A stretch of 64,000 nt of DNA. Origin: Squalus acanthias (taxonomy: Eukaryota). The notes under the pieces were generated by a model that worked only from the letters and a program-made list of their open reading frames with translations, was not told where the DNA came from and did no database searches. Below are positions 51,001-62,965 of this stretch, in pieces. Numbering within the stretch: the stretch's first letter is position 1; the number at the start of each line of letters is the position of its first letter. Location: assembly GCA_030390025.1 (NCBI GenBank), contig CM059433.1:992001-1056000 (forward strand). Reading direction: 5' to 3'. A program made the position numbers and the translations under genes.

Positions 51001-51802
51001 GGGGCAGAAATTCGTCTGTTGTCGGGTGAGTACGCACTGCGTACTCACCCGTGGACGGAACGAAAGTGCCGGTTTCTTGCATGCACTGCGCATGCGCGGG
51101 AAACCAGCACTTCCGTTCCCCTGAGGAAAGGGGTTCAGAGGTCAAACGCGCACGCCGGAGGGCCAGCGCGTTCGCCTCGCACTTCGGATTTTTTGACAGG
51201 TTCCTCCGTGAAGGTAAGCACGGAGAAGATACACATTGAAAAAGGATGCGCAAGGCCTTCTTTTAACAAAAGTGAGAAGTCGCACAACACCAGGTTATAG
51301 TCCAAGGTAAGTGTTGATTTAATTAAAATTTAAACATTTTTTTCACAGATTTATCTTTTTTAATTACTTTAAAGAAAGGTAAGTTTAGTTTTAGCCCCGT
51401 TAAAAAATTTAATTAATTTTTAAAAAAATTTAAATTTTTGTTTAAAATAGTTAATTAATGTAATTTATAGTTATTTTAAAAATGTGATTTAAAAAAAAAA
51501 AAATATTTGTAGTTTTAGGGATGTTTTGGGGCCGATCTGTATTCATAGATTTGACAGGTCTTCCTGTCAAATCTGTGAATGAAAGATGGTTTGCTGCCAT
51601 TGGCTCTCCATGGCCCACGTGATCCCAGGGGACGCATCGCACTAACTACGCCCTTGGGATACACAAGCACTGCGCGCCGGCAGCTGCAGGAGGCCCAGGA
51701 GCTGAAGTCCCTGTGGGCCCAGAGGTCAACGGCAGGCGCGGTAGGTAGGTGCGCGCGCGATCCTTGTACCCGTGGGAAGCCAGGGAGCCAAATTTCTGGC
51801 CC
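51001..51802 (-). mobile_element. Harbinger-type MITE related to the 30.7-kb and 59.1-kb family
   Basis: Ends GGGGCAGAAATT / AATTTCTGGCCC; TSD AAT; removal restores the CR1 frame C-N-I-S-K-F-A-D-D. Confidence 0.92.
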
Positions 51803-52381
51803 AATATCTCCAAGTTTGCAGATGACACAAAGCTGGGTGGGCGTGTGTGCTGTGAGGAGGATGCAGAGAAACTCCAGTATGATTTGGACAGGTTGGGTGA
51901 TTGGGCAGATGCATGGCAGATGCAGTATAATGTGGATAAATGCGAGGTTATCCACTTTGGTGGCAAAAACAGGAAGGCAGATTATTATCTGAACAGCAAT
52001 AGATTGGGAAAAGGGGAAGTGCAACGAGACCTGGGTGTCCTTGTGCACCAGTCGCTGAAGGTAAGCATGCAGGTGCAGCAGACGGTTAAGAAGGCAAATG
52101 GTATGTTGGCCTTCATAGCGAGAGGATTCGAGTACAGGAGCAAGGATGTCTTGCTGCAGTTGTACAGGGCCTTGGTGAGACCACACCTTGAGTATTGTGT
52201 GCAGTTTTGGTCGCCTTATCTGAGGAAGGATGTTCTTGCCATGGAGGGAGTGCAGCGAAGATTCACCAGGCTGATACCTGGGATGGCAGGAATGACGTAT
52301 GAAGAGAGATTGGGTCGATTAGGCTTATATTCGCTAGAGTTTAGAAGAATGAGAGGGGATCTCATTGAAACTTATAAAATT

Positions 52382-53120
52382 ATAAGAACATAAGAACATA
52401 AGAAATAGGAGCAGAAGTAGGCCAATCGGCCCTTCGAGCCTGCTCCGCCATTCAATAAGATCATGGCTGATCTGATCCTCACCTCAAATCTAAAGAACAC
52501 AAGAAGTAGGAGCAGGACCCGGCCACTCAGCCCCTGGGCCCGCTATGTCACCCACAGGGCCTCAACCGATCCGAACTCAACCTCATGTCCAATTTCCTGC
52601 CCGCTCCCCGTAACCCCTAATTCCCTTTACTTCTAGGAAACTGTCTATTTCTGTTTTAAATTTATTTAATGATGTAGCTTCCACAGCTTCCTGGGGCAGC
52701 AAATTCCACAGACCTACTACCCTCTGAGTGAAGAAGTTTCTCCTCATCTCAGTTTTGAAAGAGCAGCCCCTTATTCTAAGATTATGCCCCCTAGTTCTAG
52801 TTTCACCCATCCTTGGGAACATCCTTACTGCATCCACCCGATCAAGCCCCTTCACAATCTTATATGTTTCAATAAGATCGCCTCTCATTCTTCTGAACTC
52901 CAATGAGTAGAGTCCCAATCTACTCAACCTCTCCTCGTATGTCCACCCCCTCATCCCGGGGATTAACCGAGTGAACCTTCTTTGTACTGCCTCGAGAGCA
53001 AGTATGTCTTTTCTTAAGTATGGACACCAAAACTGTATGCAGTACTCCAGGTGCGGTCTCACCAATACCTTATATAACTGCAGCAATACCTCCCTGTTTT
53101 TATAATCTATCCCCCTAGCA
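52382..53120 (-). mobile_element. 5'-truncated CR1 inserted antisense in CR1, with a doubled 3' end
   Basis: ORF to 52583; two successive terminal hairpin/tail units; ATAAAATT / ATAAATT at the junctions. Confidence 0.9.
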
Positions 53121-55179
53121 ATAAATTCTAACAGGACTAGACAGACTAGATGCAGGAAGGATGTTCCCGATGGCAGGGGAGTCCAGAACCAGGGGTCACA
53201 GTCTAAGGATAAGGGGTAAGCCATTTAGGACTGAGATGAGGAGGAATTTCTTCACCCAGAGAGTGGTGAACCTGTGGAATTCTCTACCACAGAAGGCAGT
53301 TGAGGCCAATTCATTAAATATATTCAAGAAGGAGTTAGATATATTTCTTAAGGCTAAGGGGATCAAGGGATATGGGGAGAAAGCAGCGACAGGGTATTGA
53401 ATTTGGATGATCAGCCATGATCGCATTGAATGGCGGAGCAGGCTCGAGGGGCCGAATGGCCTACTCCTGCTCCTATCTTCGATGTTTCTATGTTTCAATG
53501 TGCATTTATTCAGCAAACTAAAGCATTTCCTGTGCCTTTTCTCACTAATGATACATTTCCAGGAGCCCAAATTAAGCAAGCATTAGTTATTCACTGCAAT
53601 AACACATCACACTAAAAAAGTCACCTCTTGCTTCTAGCCCAGATCCAGTTTTGATAATTGGAAAATCGCGTCAAAGAATACATCCAGTGGCTTGAGATTT
53701 ACATTAGGTTGGTACGAGTGTCAGGCAGGCAGAAACAGTCTGATACGAATCTCCACCACATGATTGATGGAGAGCCCAGAAAGTATAGGTTGTAGATTTT
53801 ACTTTTATGCCAGTGACTGGTGAACTTTGGGACGCTCAGATCACAGTCCCAGATTTGCAGGTCATAAAACTTGCTTCAAGATGTGACATGTACTGGATTT
53901 TACAGAATTTAAACCCTCAGTGCTTGAAATTCACTTCAGCAAGCCCTCAGCGCAAACCCTGAGGGACCTCATTCAGTTTAGGTCATCATCCCTGACCCCT
54001 GACTGAAACGGAATATAATCTCTGCAGTTCCAACAGTATAAGTGTCACATAAGTACCAAGCAAAGAAAGAGAGTAAAGATGCCTAAATTGTGCCAAAGGG
54101 CTGGTGGTAATTTGTTTTGAGATAAAGCAGGATAAGCTAGGAAGGACAGATAATAGTACCTGCTTCCTGCCATCAGGACATGTCTTTGATGCGCTGTCAT
54201 TTCCATCATTTCCATCACTCAGCCCATGTAATCAGGAGGAAATCTTGCAGATACCAGAAAACAATTTATCCAGAATCTTCCAGAATGCCTCTGGTCCTCT
54301 TTGAGAAAAAAAGCTGTTTTATCACACAGTGAATCTGGAATGGCTTCACCTCGAAATCCGATAGCTTTTTCAAAATGAACCAAAAACACTGAAACTCCGT
54401 TTACATTTTCATCTCAATGCCACTTTAGGCTACAGCTCATTTCAGATAGTGGATTGTTTACGCGGCAGATCTCCAATCTTTCTGGGTCTCTAGATCACAG
54501 CTTTGGAACTTAAAATAAAGCAATGATTAAGAAAATCGTGCTTCTCAGACTGTTGCCCTGAAGTTTGCCCCAGGAAATTGCTCTCTTCAAAAATGTGCTA
54601 TTGAAACTGTTAAAGTTCCTCTAAAATGTGACTGTGCAGGTGCTGAAGAAGCAGAGCGTTGAAATTGTGTCACCAAACTGGCACATTTCCTGTTGCTTGG
54701 AGACAAGCAGTGAAAATGAAAGGTTGATTCTTACACAAATCCAAGGCTGCGATGAAGCTACACTCACATATGTCTGTTACCCACAACCGGAGGGGGTTCA
54801 CTTTTAGACTGGAAGGACACAATATCAAACAATCCAAGGCAAAAATTATTATTAAAGTGAAATTCATGTCACTCTGGAATAGACTTTGTTACTCAAATGG
54901 ACGTAACCTATTGGAGTTCTGTCCGAATGCTGTGTGATTGAGCAGAGAAATCGATGTAACAACGTGCCTGCTCCATCGAGCTTTATGATGCCGAGGTTGC
55001 CAATCAGGTTTAGCACCACCTGTAAGTATCTCAGTTGCCGGATAAATGTAAACATGGTGGCAGTAACCAAAGTGAGCAGCAGCTTTTTAGACCCACAAGG
55101 CTCTAGAATCAGACTAGCATAAGACTCATGGGAAACAAGCTTTTATAATAGACTGATAACAGACCTTAGACAGCAGCAG

Positions 55180-55875
55180 TGCATGCTCCATTTTATTTCC
55201 TCCAGGAGTCCAACACTGCCTGCTATAAGCGATGGGACCATATTGTATGCAGTATTGGGCTCCACACAATAGGAAGAATAGTAAGGCTTTAGAGAGGGTA
55301 CAACGCACATTCACTAGGATTCTGTCTGGTAGGAGGAAATATTAATACAAAGACTTGAAAAATATTTTTTTTTTAAATGATAATAACCCAGATTATGGGG
55401 CAATATAATAGAAGTGTTTAAAATTTCAGAAATATGGGACAGGGTCGATAGAAGCAGATTGTTCCCAGTCATTGAAGTGTCACAAATGAAAGGTGAAAGA
55501 TACAAGACTAAATGTAGGAGATTTAGAACGGAAAGCAGGAGAAACTGCTTCACACAGAGTTGTGCGGTTGAGGAATTCAGTTCCTGGGTTAACGGTTGAA
55601 GCAGAAACTTAAACTTGAGCGGTGGTGTAAAGCTGGTGGCATCAGATTATCCGCCCGTTATACACCCCGCCTGATTTTCCACTCCTTTATCGCCTGTTTA
55701 CACTTCTACTGAAGTTGAAAGTTCCGCCCTATGTCAACATTCAATATTAAGTTTGACGGGGTTGAAGAGATTTGGGAGCAGGGTGGGTAAATGTGCTGAG
55801 GACTATCTGCTCACATGGAGACACTGGACTGATCGGGTTGAATGGCCCGTGTCCGTGTTGTACCTTCTATGTATT
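55180..55875 (+). mobile_element. Old CR1 3' remnant with a probable small MITE at ~55600-55729
   Basis: Decayed CMQYWAP, EVFKI, DRVDRSRLFP, RFRTESRRNCFTQ. Confidence 0.7.
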
Positions 55876-56519
55876 TCACTTTTCCATAGATGATTTGTGC
55901 TGGAGGAAATCCATTGAAATAGGCACCCAGGTAGATATTTTCAGATTTTGACGTCAGTCTGTTCTCCCCATGGTTGAGCAGCAGCGATTGGAACCCCTCC
56001 TCCAAATATAGAATGATAGTGATCTCAAGCAGATTCAACACTTGTCTGAAATTACAGACACATCCCCAGCAGTAGACCACTGGGACCTAGTATTTTAAAG
56101 CAAATTATCTATTAAAAACCATACATGACGCCAATTTCTAATGGTATTGCACCTGTAGGTTGTGCTGTGAGCATCATGTTCACTGACAAGTTGAGAACAA
56201 TGGGACTCTAGCTAACGTTATGTGACATCCCACTGTATTAACTATTGCCAGTACCTGGAAGTAAAATATTGTTTGGTAATCTGTTGTGTTAAGCTTACTG
56301 ATGCAGCACCAACCAAAAACCTCATTCTCATTTGTTTAATATGGCTGTCTTTAGAGGAAATCCCTGAGACCGAATCAGCAGTTTAAGGGTGAGAGTGTTT
56401 TTGGATCATTGTTTGTGCTTTACTTCCTTGGTTACTATATATTGGTTATCTGCTAAAATGGTGAAAGTGCCAGACTTCAGCACCATGGAAACACCAGCAA
56501 CATTGTATGGAGAGGGGCC

Positions 56520-56665
56520 TCTCTCTCCTCCTTTAAGACCCTTTTTAAAACCTACCTCTTTGCCAAGCTTTTGGTCCCCTGTCCTAATGTCTCCTTCAAT
56601 GTCTGAAGCTCCTTGGGATGTTTTACTATGTTAAAGGTGCTGTATAAATGCAAGTTGTTGTTGAA
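56520..56665 (+). mobile_element. L2 3' end fragment
   Basis: Matches 61290-61470. Confidence 0.65.
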
Positions 56666-57727
56666 CTGTCATCGTGGTCAGTTCGACCAATTGGAATAAC
56701 TGCTCCAGAAAGCAAGCCCAACCAATAACGAGCAGCTCCAACTTGGCAGGTCATAGACACAGGAGCTCCTGGCCTGGGAGTCCCTGCTTCTGGCCTTTTC
56801 CCCAACTGCATCAATAGCCTTGTAAAAGGTGGGAAGAGCTCCCACCTCCTACAAAGCCCAGTGGGAACTTACGTTCAAGGACCCAGCCTATCAATTTATC
56901 CAACCAAACCTTTCAAATGCAATACAAGCATGTATTACACATTATATACAAAAATATAATAGAATATAATTTGTGGCATTTGATGTGCCATTTGTAAACT
57001 GATTTCCCCTGCCTCAACTGCTTCACAGCACCAAATGCAGGCAATAGTAAAGGGGCTGGGGTGGGGTGGAGAGAGAGTATAAAACATTTATTTTTACATC
57101 CTGCATCTTGGTGAGGAATACCTAATGCCACTTGTAGAAATAATAGACTCTAGTCAGCACTGGTTTATAAAACAGGCGGGTTTGTGCTGACTGTGGGTTG
57201 GTACGGGCTCTGGGTTTACCCAGGATGCAGGTTGTGGTTCTGTTGAAAGTGGCTTATACTATTGCTCCTGCTGACTTTGCAGTTAGTGATATTCTTATTA
57301 ATTGAGAGAGTAACTCTTTAAAATACCTTGTCTAGTTCAGTTGGTGAGAATGGCTCGCTTGGCCTTTATTCTTGCAGTTTGTCTGAGAGGAAGTTGTTCA
57401 TTGTCCTTTTCTGTGTGTGTACCTGTTCTTGTTTTCAGTTAGAAATAGGAAGTTGTCGATATCTTGTTCCGTCGCTGTTTGAAACTGGCTGGCTGCTACT
57501 GATGGCCTGTTTGCTTTTCCATTTTGTTGTCTTGCAGGGTGTTTGTTTGATATCCTTATGTTTGTTGAGGTTGCTTTCCTCCATGCTGTGTTGAAATTCT
57601 TGCAGATAGCACTCTTAGTTGAAAACTGATCTGTTGTATGGTACCTTAGTTCATTCTTGTTTGAAATAGTTTCTGTAACCCTCCCTTTGTTAAGTTGATA
57701 TCACTATCCAGTGTCAATACCTGTGGT

Positions 57728-58435
57728 CATGATGTGGAGATGCCGGCGTTGGACTGGGGTGGACAAAAATGAGAAGTCACACAACACCAGGTTATAGTCC
57801 AACAGATTTATTTAATTTTACAAGCTTTCGGAGCAGTTCGCTCCTTCGTCAGGTAAGTTAGCAGTGAGAGAATCTCCCAGAATTCACAATTTAAACACAG
57901 ACAAAATATATTCAAATCTTTCCCTACATCAAAGACACAGTAAGAGCACAGCCAAGACAATGATATGTGTCCCAGGGGGTCCAACGTGTCAAACCACCTG
58001 CTGGCTGCATATCCTGTCAATTTGAGTTCTTGTGTTAGTCTTTTTAAAAAAAAACACCTGGGAAGACCGGCCATGATGTCAAGTCACGTTCTGTATCGTG
58101 ACATGAACCCGATATCGCGATTGAGGCCATCCTCATGAGTGCGGAACTTGGCTATCAGTTTCTGCTCTATGATTTTGCGCTGTCGTGTATTCCGAAGGCC
58201 GCCTTGGAGAACGCTTACCCGCAGATCCGAGGCTGAATGCCCCTGGCTGCTGAAGTGTTCCCCGACTGGGAGGCAACCCTCCTGCCTGGCGATTGTTGCG
58301 CGGTGTCCGTTCATACGTTGTCTCAGTGTCTGCATGGTCTCGCCGATGTACCATGCTCTGGAGCATTCTTTACTGCAACGTATCAGGTAGACAACGTTGG
58401 CCGAGTCACATGAGTATGTACCGTGTACCTGTGGT
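57728..58435 (-). mobile_element. Penelope-like element 3' portion: GIY-YIG endonuclease C-terminus and terminal repeat
   Basis: TYSCDSANVVYLIRC...WYIGETMQTLRQRMNGHR...PVGEHF...EQKLIAKFRTHEDGLNRD; stop at 58084. Confidence 0.9.
57818..57856 (-). ncRNA. Minimal type I hammerhead ribozyme motif
   Basis: Minus strand: TTAC-CTGACGA-A-GGAGC(GAACT)GCTCC-GAAA-GCTT-GTAA; same strand as the GIY-YIG ORF. Confidence 0.78.
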
Positions 58436-59019
58436 GTAAGGAAACAATTGCCTAAATCATCCTGTGTGGGGCAATGTTACTGCACATTTGCTGTTAAATG
58501 TGGTTATGTCACCACTGGCAGTAATCCAACATTTAATGACCACAATCAACTTTACGCTATTCAGTATAGCCTTAATGGGAATATTCTTCTAAATCGTCCC
58601 ATAATCCTGAATGTTCTAAACCTATGCTGCCGCTGTTTGTCTTTGAAACGTACCTTGCTAGTGTTTAAAATTGCTGGTTGGAGACAGTTTGTAAGCTCCC
58701 CTTATGTGATATCATGATGGTGCACTCCAGTGACATCATGAAAGAAATAATGGACTGAGGTCAGTACTCTCAGTTTATGATGCCAGCAGGGAAGTTGTCA
58801 GAAGAGGGGAAGTTGTACACTGAGTGTGAATTTATGTGGGGGTTCTTCCACTTGTACGCTATCATTGCTGCACAAACCCTGGACACGGCGTAAAGGGCAT
58901 TTACACCAATTTTCCAGGTTTCTGCAGCTCTTTTGCAAAAATTACGGTGGACGAGCGGGAGGATCCTTGCGGAAATTCACCCCTATAATATCTGTTCTCA
59001 GATAGCCATTAACCAGCAG

Positions 59020-60090
59020 TTCAACATAGAATTACACTGAAGTTACAACATGGAAATAGGCCATTCGGCTCAACGTGTTGGCGTTTAACCGCCGCCCCCC
59101 CCCCCGCCCCACATGCCACCCACATTAGCAAGAAGTTCTAATTACAATGGCCCAGAAATTAAACAATGAGTGTTCACGCGGGGGTAAGGCTTCCCCGCGA
59201 TATCTCACTCCGCGCCTACCTTTTCCCTCCGGGCCCACACGAACTTTAGTTTCAAGGCTGCAGCTGTGCAGTACTTGCGTGACCCAGAGACGCAATTAGT
59301 TCGTGCGCGCTCTGGGATCACGTGATTCAGTTAGAGCCAATGGCAGCACACCATCTTTCATTCATAGTTTTAACAGCAAGGGCTGTCAAAGCTATGAATC
59401 CTACACACCCCCAAAAGAACAGCTAAACCTCAATTAAATTTTAAAAAAAGCCATCACATTAATAAAATAAGTATAGTTAAATAAATTAACCACTTTAAAC
59501 AAAAAATTAAATTTTTGAAAAAATTTAAAATCTTTTTAAAAGAGGGTCTTACGCCTCCTTTCTTTATGTGTAAAATCTTCCATGCTTACCTGCGCATTCA
59601 AAGCACTAAGTGCACTGCGTGCGCGCAGCCTGTAGCGCGCACGCAGTTCACTTAGGAACCGCCCCCTTTTGAATTCACGAAGTGCCGGTTTCCCGCGCAT
59701 GCGCAGTGCATGCAGGAAACCGGCAATTGGAGACCTAAAACGCGAGAGTACACAGTGCGTACTCTCGCGTATTAGGTCTAATTTTCGGGCCATTAACCCT
59801 ATTCCCATATCCATTCACCCCATTTCCTTCACTCCTTCATCCACCTGTCTAATCTAATCTTGAATGTTTACATAGTTTCTATCTCAACCATTAACCCTGG
59901 ATGAGAATTTTACAGTCTCACAACTCTTTGTGCAAAGAATCTTCTCCTGCCCTCTGTTCTAAATCCCTTACATTTAATCTTGTATCTATGGCCCTTCATC
60001 CTTGACCCCTCAACTACTAGAAACACTTTGCTTCTATCAACCCTGTCCCACACTTTAATAATCTTAAACACTTCTATCATATCGCCCTGT
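59020..60090 (-). mobile_element. Old CR1 3' remnant interrupted by a MITE
   Basis: GDMIEVFKIIKVWDRVD...GHRYKIK...RRFFAQRVVRL. Confidence 0.75.
59149..59791 (+). mobile_element. Harbinger-type MITE monomer (30.7-kb family), internally shorter
   Basis: Ends GGCCCAGAAATTA / TAATTTTCGGGCC; flanks AAT / ATT; colinear with 30723-31452. Confidence 0.88.
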
Positions 60091-60954
60091 ATGATAGCAA
60101 GGTATGACTGAAAGGCAACAAGAAGCATAAAAATATCTTGCTTTATAACAATGATAAATTATGGGACAATTTAGTGGAGAACATACTTCTCCTGTCAGAT
60201 AATAAAGTAGCACGATTGCTTCTAACCTGCGGAAGGTTTATTACCACTAACTACAGATGATACCGCACTTGTGGCTCAGTGTAAATATCTGCTGCTGGAC
60301 CATATTTACCACAAACATTGTCCACACATTGGTTATTCTCCTCATTATTACTTTTGACATATGTGTTATGCCTCAGTTACTTAAAATGGAATATTTTCAT
60401 TTGTATGGTTTAACTCTCAAATGAGTAACATAAACAGAATTTAGTACATCAAAACTTGATATATGTTTACAATAGATTCAAAACTTGTTAATCGCTATCT
60501 CACTTTTTATAAGCGAATTGGTTAATTTTAAGCTTCAATTTGGAATTATATCTCTTTTATAAACTTGAATGGATTAACTTGCCTTTAGGTATTTGAGCTA
60601 CATTCCAGAGGAATCCCTAAACAGGTAGTGCATTAAGCAAATCTCTTAGACATGTGCCTGAAGCAAAGTGAGAAGAAACTATATGGTAAGTTGAGACATG
60701 TTTAAAGAATTTTGGTTTGGGAGGTTTAAGTCTTCTAAATGCAATTATCTTAAAAGGAAGAAAGATATATATCAGTCGATATATGCAAAAATGATATCGT
60801 GGCCCCAAGACAAGTTTGGCATCTATGTGAACTTCGTACATAATAAATGTGGTTGTTCTCATAAAACAGATGGCGACCCATTATTAACAAATCATTTCAA
60901 ACAATATCTCTTGAAAATATCTCCTGGCTGGCCTCCCACATCACCCTACATAAA

Positions 60955-61476
60955 CTTGAGGTGATCCAAAACTCTGCTGCCCCGTGTCCTAACTCGCACC
61001 AAGTCCCGTTCACCCATCTCCCCTGTGCTCGCTGACCTACATTGGCTCCCGGTTAAGCAACGCCTAGATTTCAAAATTCTCAACCTTGTTTTCAAATCCC
61101 TTCATGGCTTCACCCCTCCCTATCTCAGTAATCTACTTCAGCCCCACAACCCCCAGAGATAGCTGCACTCCTCTAATTCTGGCCTCTTGAGCATCCCTGA
61201 TTATAATCGCTCAACCATTGGTGGCCGTGCCTTCTGTTGCCTAAGCCCTAAGCTCTGGAATTCCCTGCCTAAACCTCTCCGCTTCACTACCTCTCTTTCC
61301 TCCTTTAAGATGCTCCTTAAAACCTACCTCTTTGACCAAGCTTTTGGTCACCTGCCCTAATTTATCCTTATGTGGCTCGGTGTCAAATTGTTTTGTCATT
61401 TAATACTCCTGTGAGCGCCTTGGGACGTTTTACTACATTAAAGGCGCTATATAAATACAAGTTGTTGTTGTTGTTG
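60955..61476 (+). mobile_element. L2 LINE 3' fragment
   Basis: IQNSAA..LTRTKSRSPISPVLADLHWLPVKQRLDFKIL; tail AAGGCGCTATATAAATACAA(GTT)n. Confidence 0.9.
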
Positions 61477-62164
61477 AAAAGTGATTGACAGTCTTGCAAT
61501 AAACTCCAACGAATCTTCGAATTTTTGCATATATACACACAAATAGTATAAAACAGAGAATGAAGCCCTGTTGAAGTGCTGATTAACTGCAGCTGATTGT
61601 CATCTGCCTCACCTGAGCTGGAGAAGGTGTTTAAATGGAGAACAGGGACGGATCTCTCTGGAAGATTGCACTGGGTGGCACTTTCTTGAGAACAATAAAG
61701 GTTGTTAATTTATCAAAAACAATAACAATTCTTTTAGTAGCTGCTCAATGAATCTCTTGTGCGACCAATGAGACATTCTCTTTGTCTGGGTATATAGGAT
61801 AATAATTGTAGGATGTGATATAGTGTGGCTGAGATTTGTAATGTGAGAAGCAACGTTGCACTATTTTTTATAGTCAAAAGGTTGGCATGTCTTTCAGTTC
61901 TTTGTCATAATCTTCCCACTTATTTTGTAATGTTCTCAGAATAAAAGTAGCCTCTAGTAAGCAAGGCTGTTCAGCATCTTGAGGCCAAATAGTAAAGATT
62001 GGGGGGCATACCAGATACTGGGCTTGCTTGTTAAAATATAGCAGGTGTGTCCAATTTAATAGAGCAGTCGGCCCAATGAGTGAGTGGACCATGTATGATT
62101 AACTTGCTTTTGTGGAATAATAATTAAACATCACATCCAACTCCCAATATATTCTGTGCTTCTT

Positions 62165-62965
62165 TTTTTTCATTTGTTTATGGGATGTGGACGTCGCTGG
62201 CAAGGCCAGCATTTATTGCCCATCCCTAATTGCCCTTGAGAAGGTGGTGGTGAGCTGCCTTCTTGAACCGCTGCAGTCCGTGTGATGAAGGTACTCCACA
62301 GTGCTGTTAGGGAGGGAGTTCCAGGATTTTGACCCAGCGACGATGAAGGAACGGCGATATATTTCCAAGCATGGTGTGTGACTTGAAGAGGAACTTGGAG
62401 GTGGTGGTGTTCCCACGCGCCTGCTGCCCTTGTCCTTCTAGGTGGAAGAGGTAGCGGGTTGGGGGATCTAGAACGAGGGGTCACAGTCTCAGGACATTTA
62501 GGACTGAGATGAGGAGAAATTTATTCACTCAGAGGGTGGTGAACCTGTGGAACTCTCTACCACAGAACGCTGTGGAGGCCAAGTCACTGAATATATTTAA
62601 GAAGGAGATAGATAGATTTCTAGACACAAAAGGCATCAAGGGGTATGGGGAGAGAGCGGGAATATGGTACTGAGATAGAGGATCAGCCATGATCATATTG
62701 AATGGCGGAGCAGGCTCGAAGGGCCGAATGGCCTACTCCTGCTCCTAATTTTCTATGTTTCTATGTTTGGAAGGTGCTGTCGAAGAAGCCTTGGCGAGTT
62801 GCTGCAGTGCATCTTGTAGATGGTACACACTGCAGCCACGGTGTGCCGGTGGTGGAGGGAGTGAATGTTTAAGGTGGTGGATGGGGTGCCAATCAAGTGG
62901 GCTGCTTTGTCCTGGATGGTGTCGAGCTTCTTGAGTGTTGTTGGAGTGGCACTCATCCATCTTGG
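62165..62965 (-). mobile_element. Non-LTR retrotransposon 3' fragment (clade not assigned), interrupted by CR1
   Basis: LKKLDTIQDKAAHLIG...IHSLHHRHTVAA and RSFIVAGSKSWNSLP are typical LINE RT C-terminal motifs. Confidence 0.75.
62467..62766 (+). mobile_element. CR1 3' end insertion
   Basis: TCTAGAACGAGGGGTCACAGTCTC...3' hairpin, TTTCTATG tail. Confidence 0.88.

Larger units (their letters stand above)
50395..53496 (+). mobile_element. CR1 LINE RT region to 3' end, interrupted by a MITE and an antisense CR1
   Basis: PRVLKEVA...NYRPVSLTS...[10 protein letters not shown]...(MITE)...ISKFADDTK...(insert)...3' UTR and TTTCTATG tail. Confidence 0.93.

Noticed and set aside
57280..57720. Possible very old LINE ORF2 remnant on the minus strand
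   Set aside because: Only a weak EPFSPTEL motif and A-rich bias; not supportable without a profile search
60984..61000. L2 segment GTCCTAACTCGCACC as the seed of the 21-bp array
   Set aside because: Only about 10 matching bases, and the array flanks are not L2
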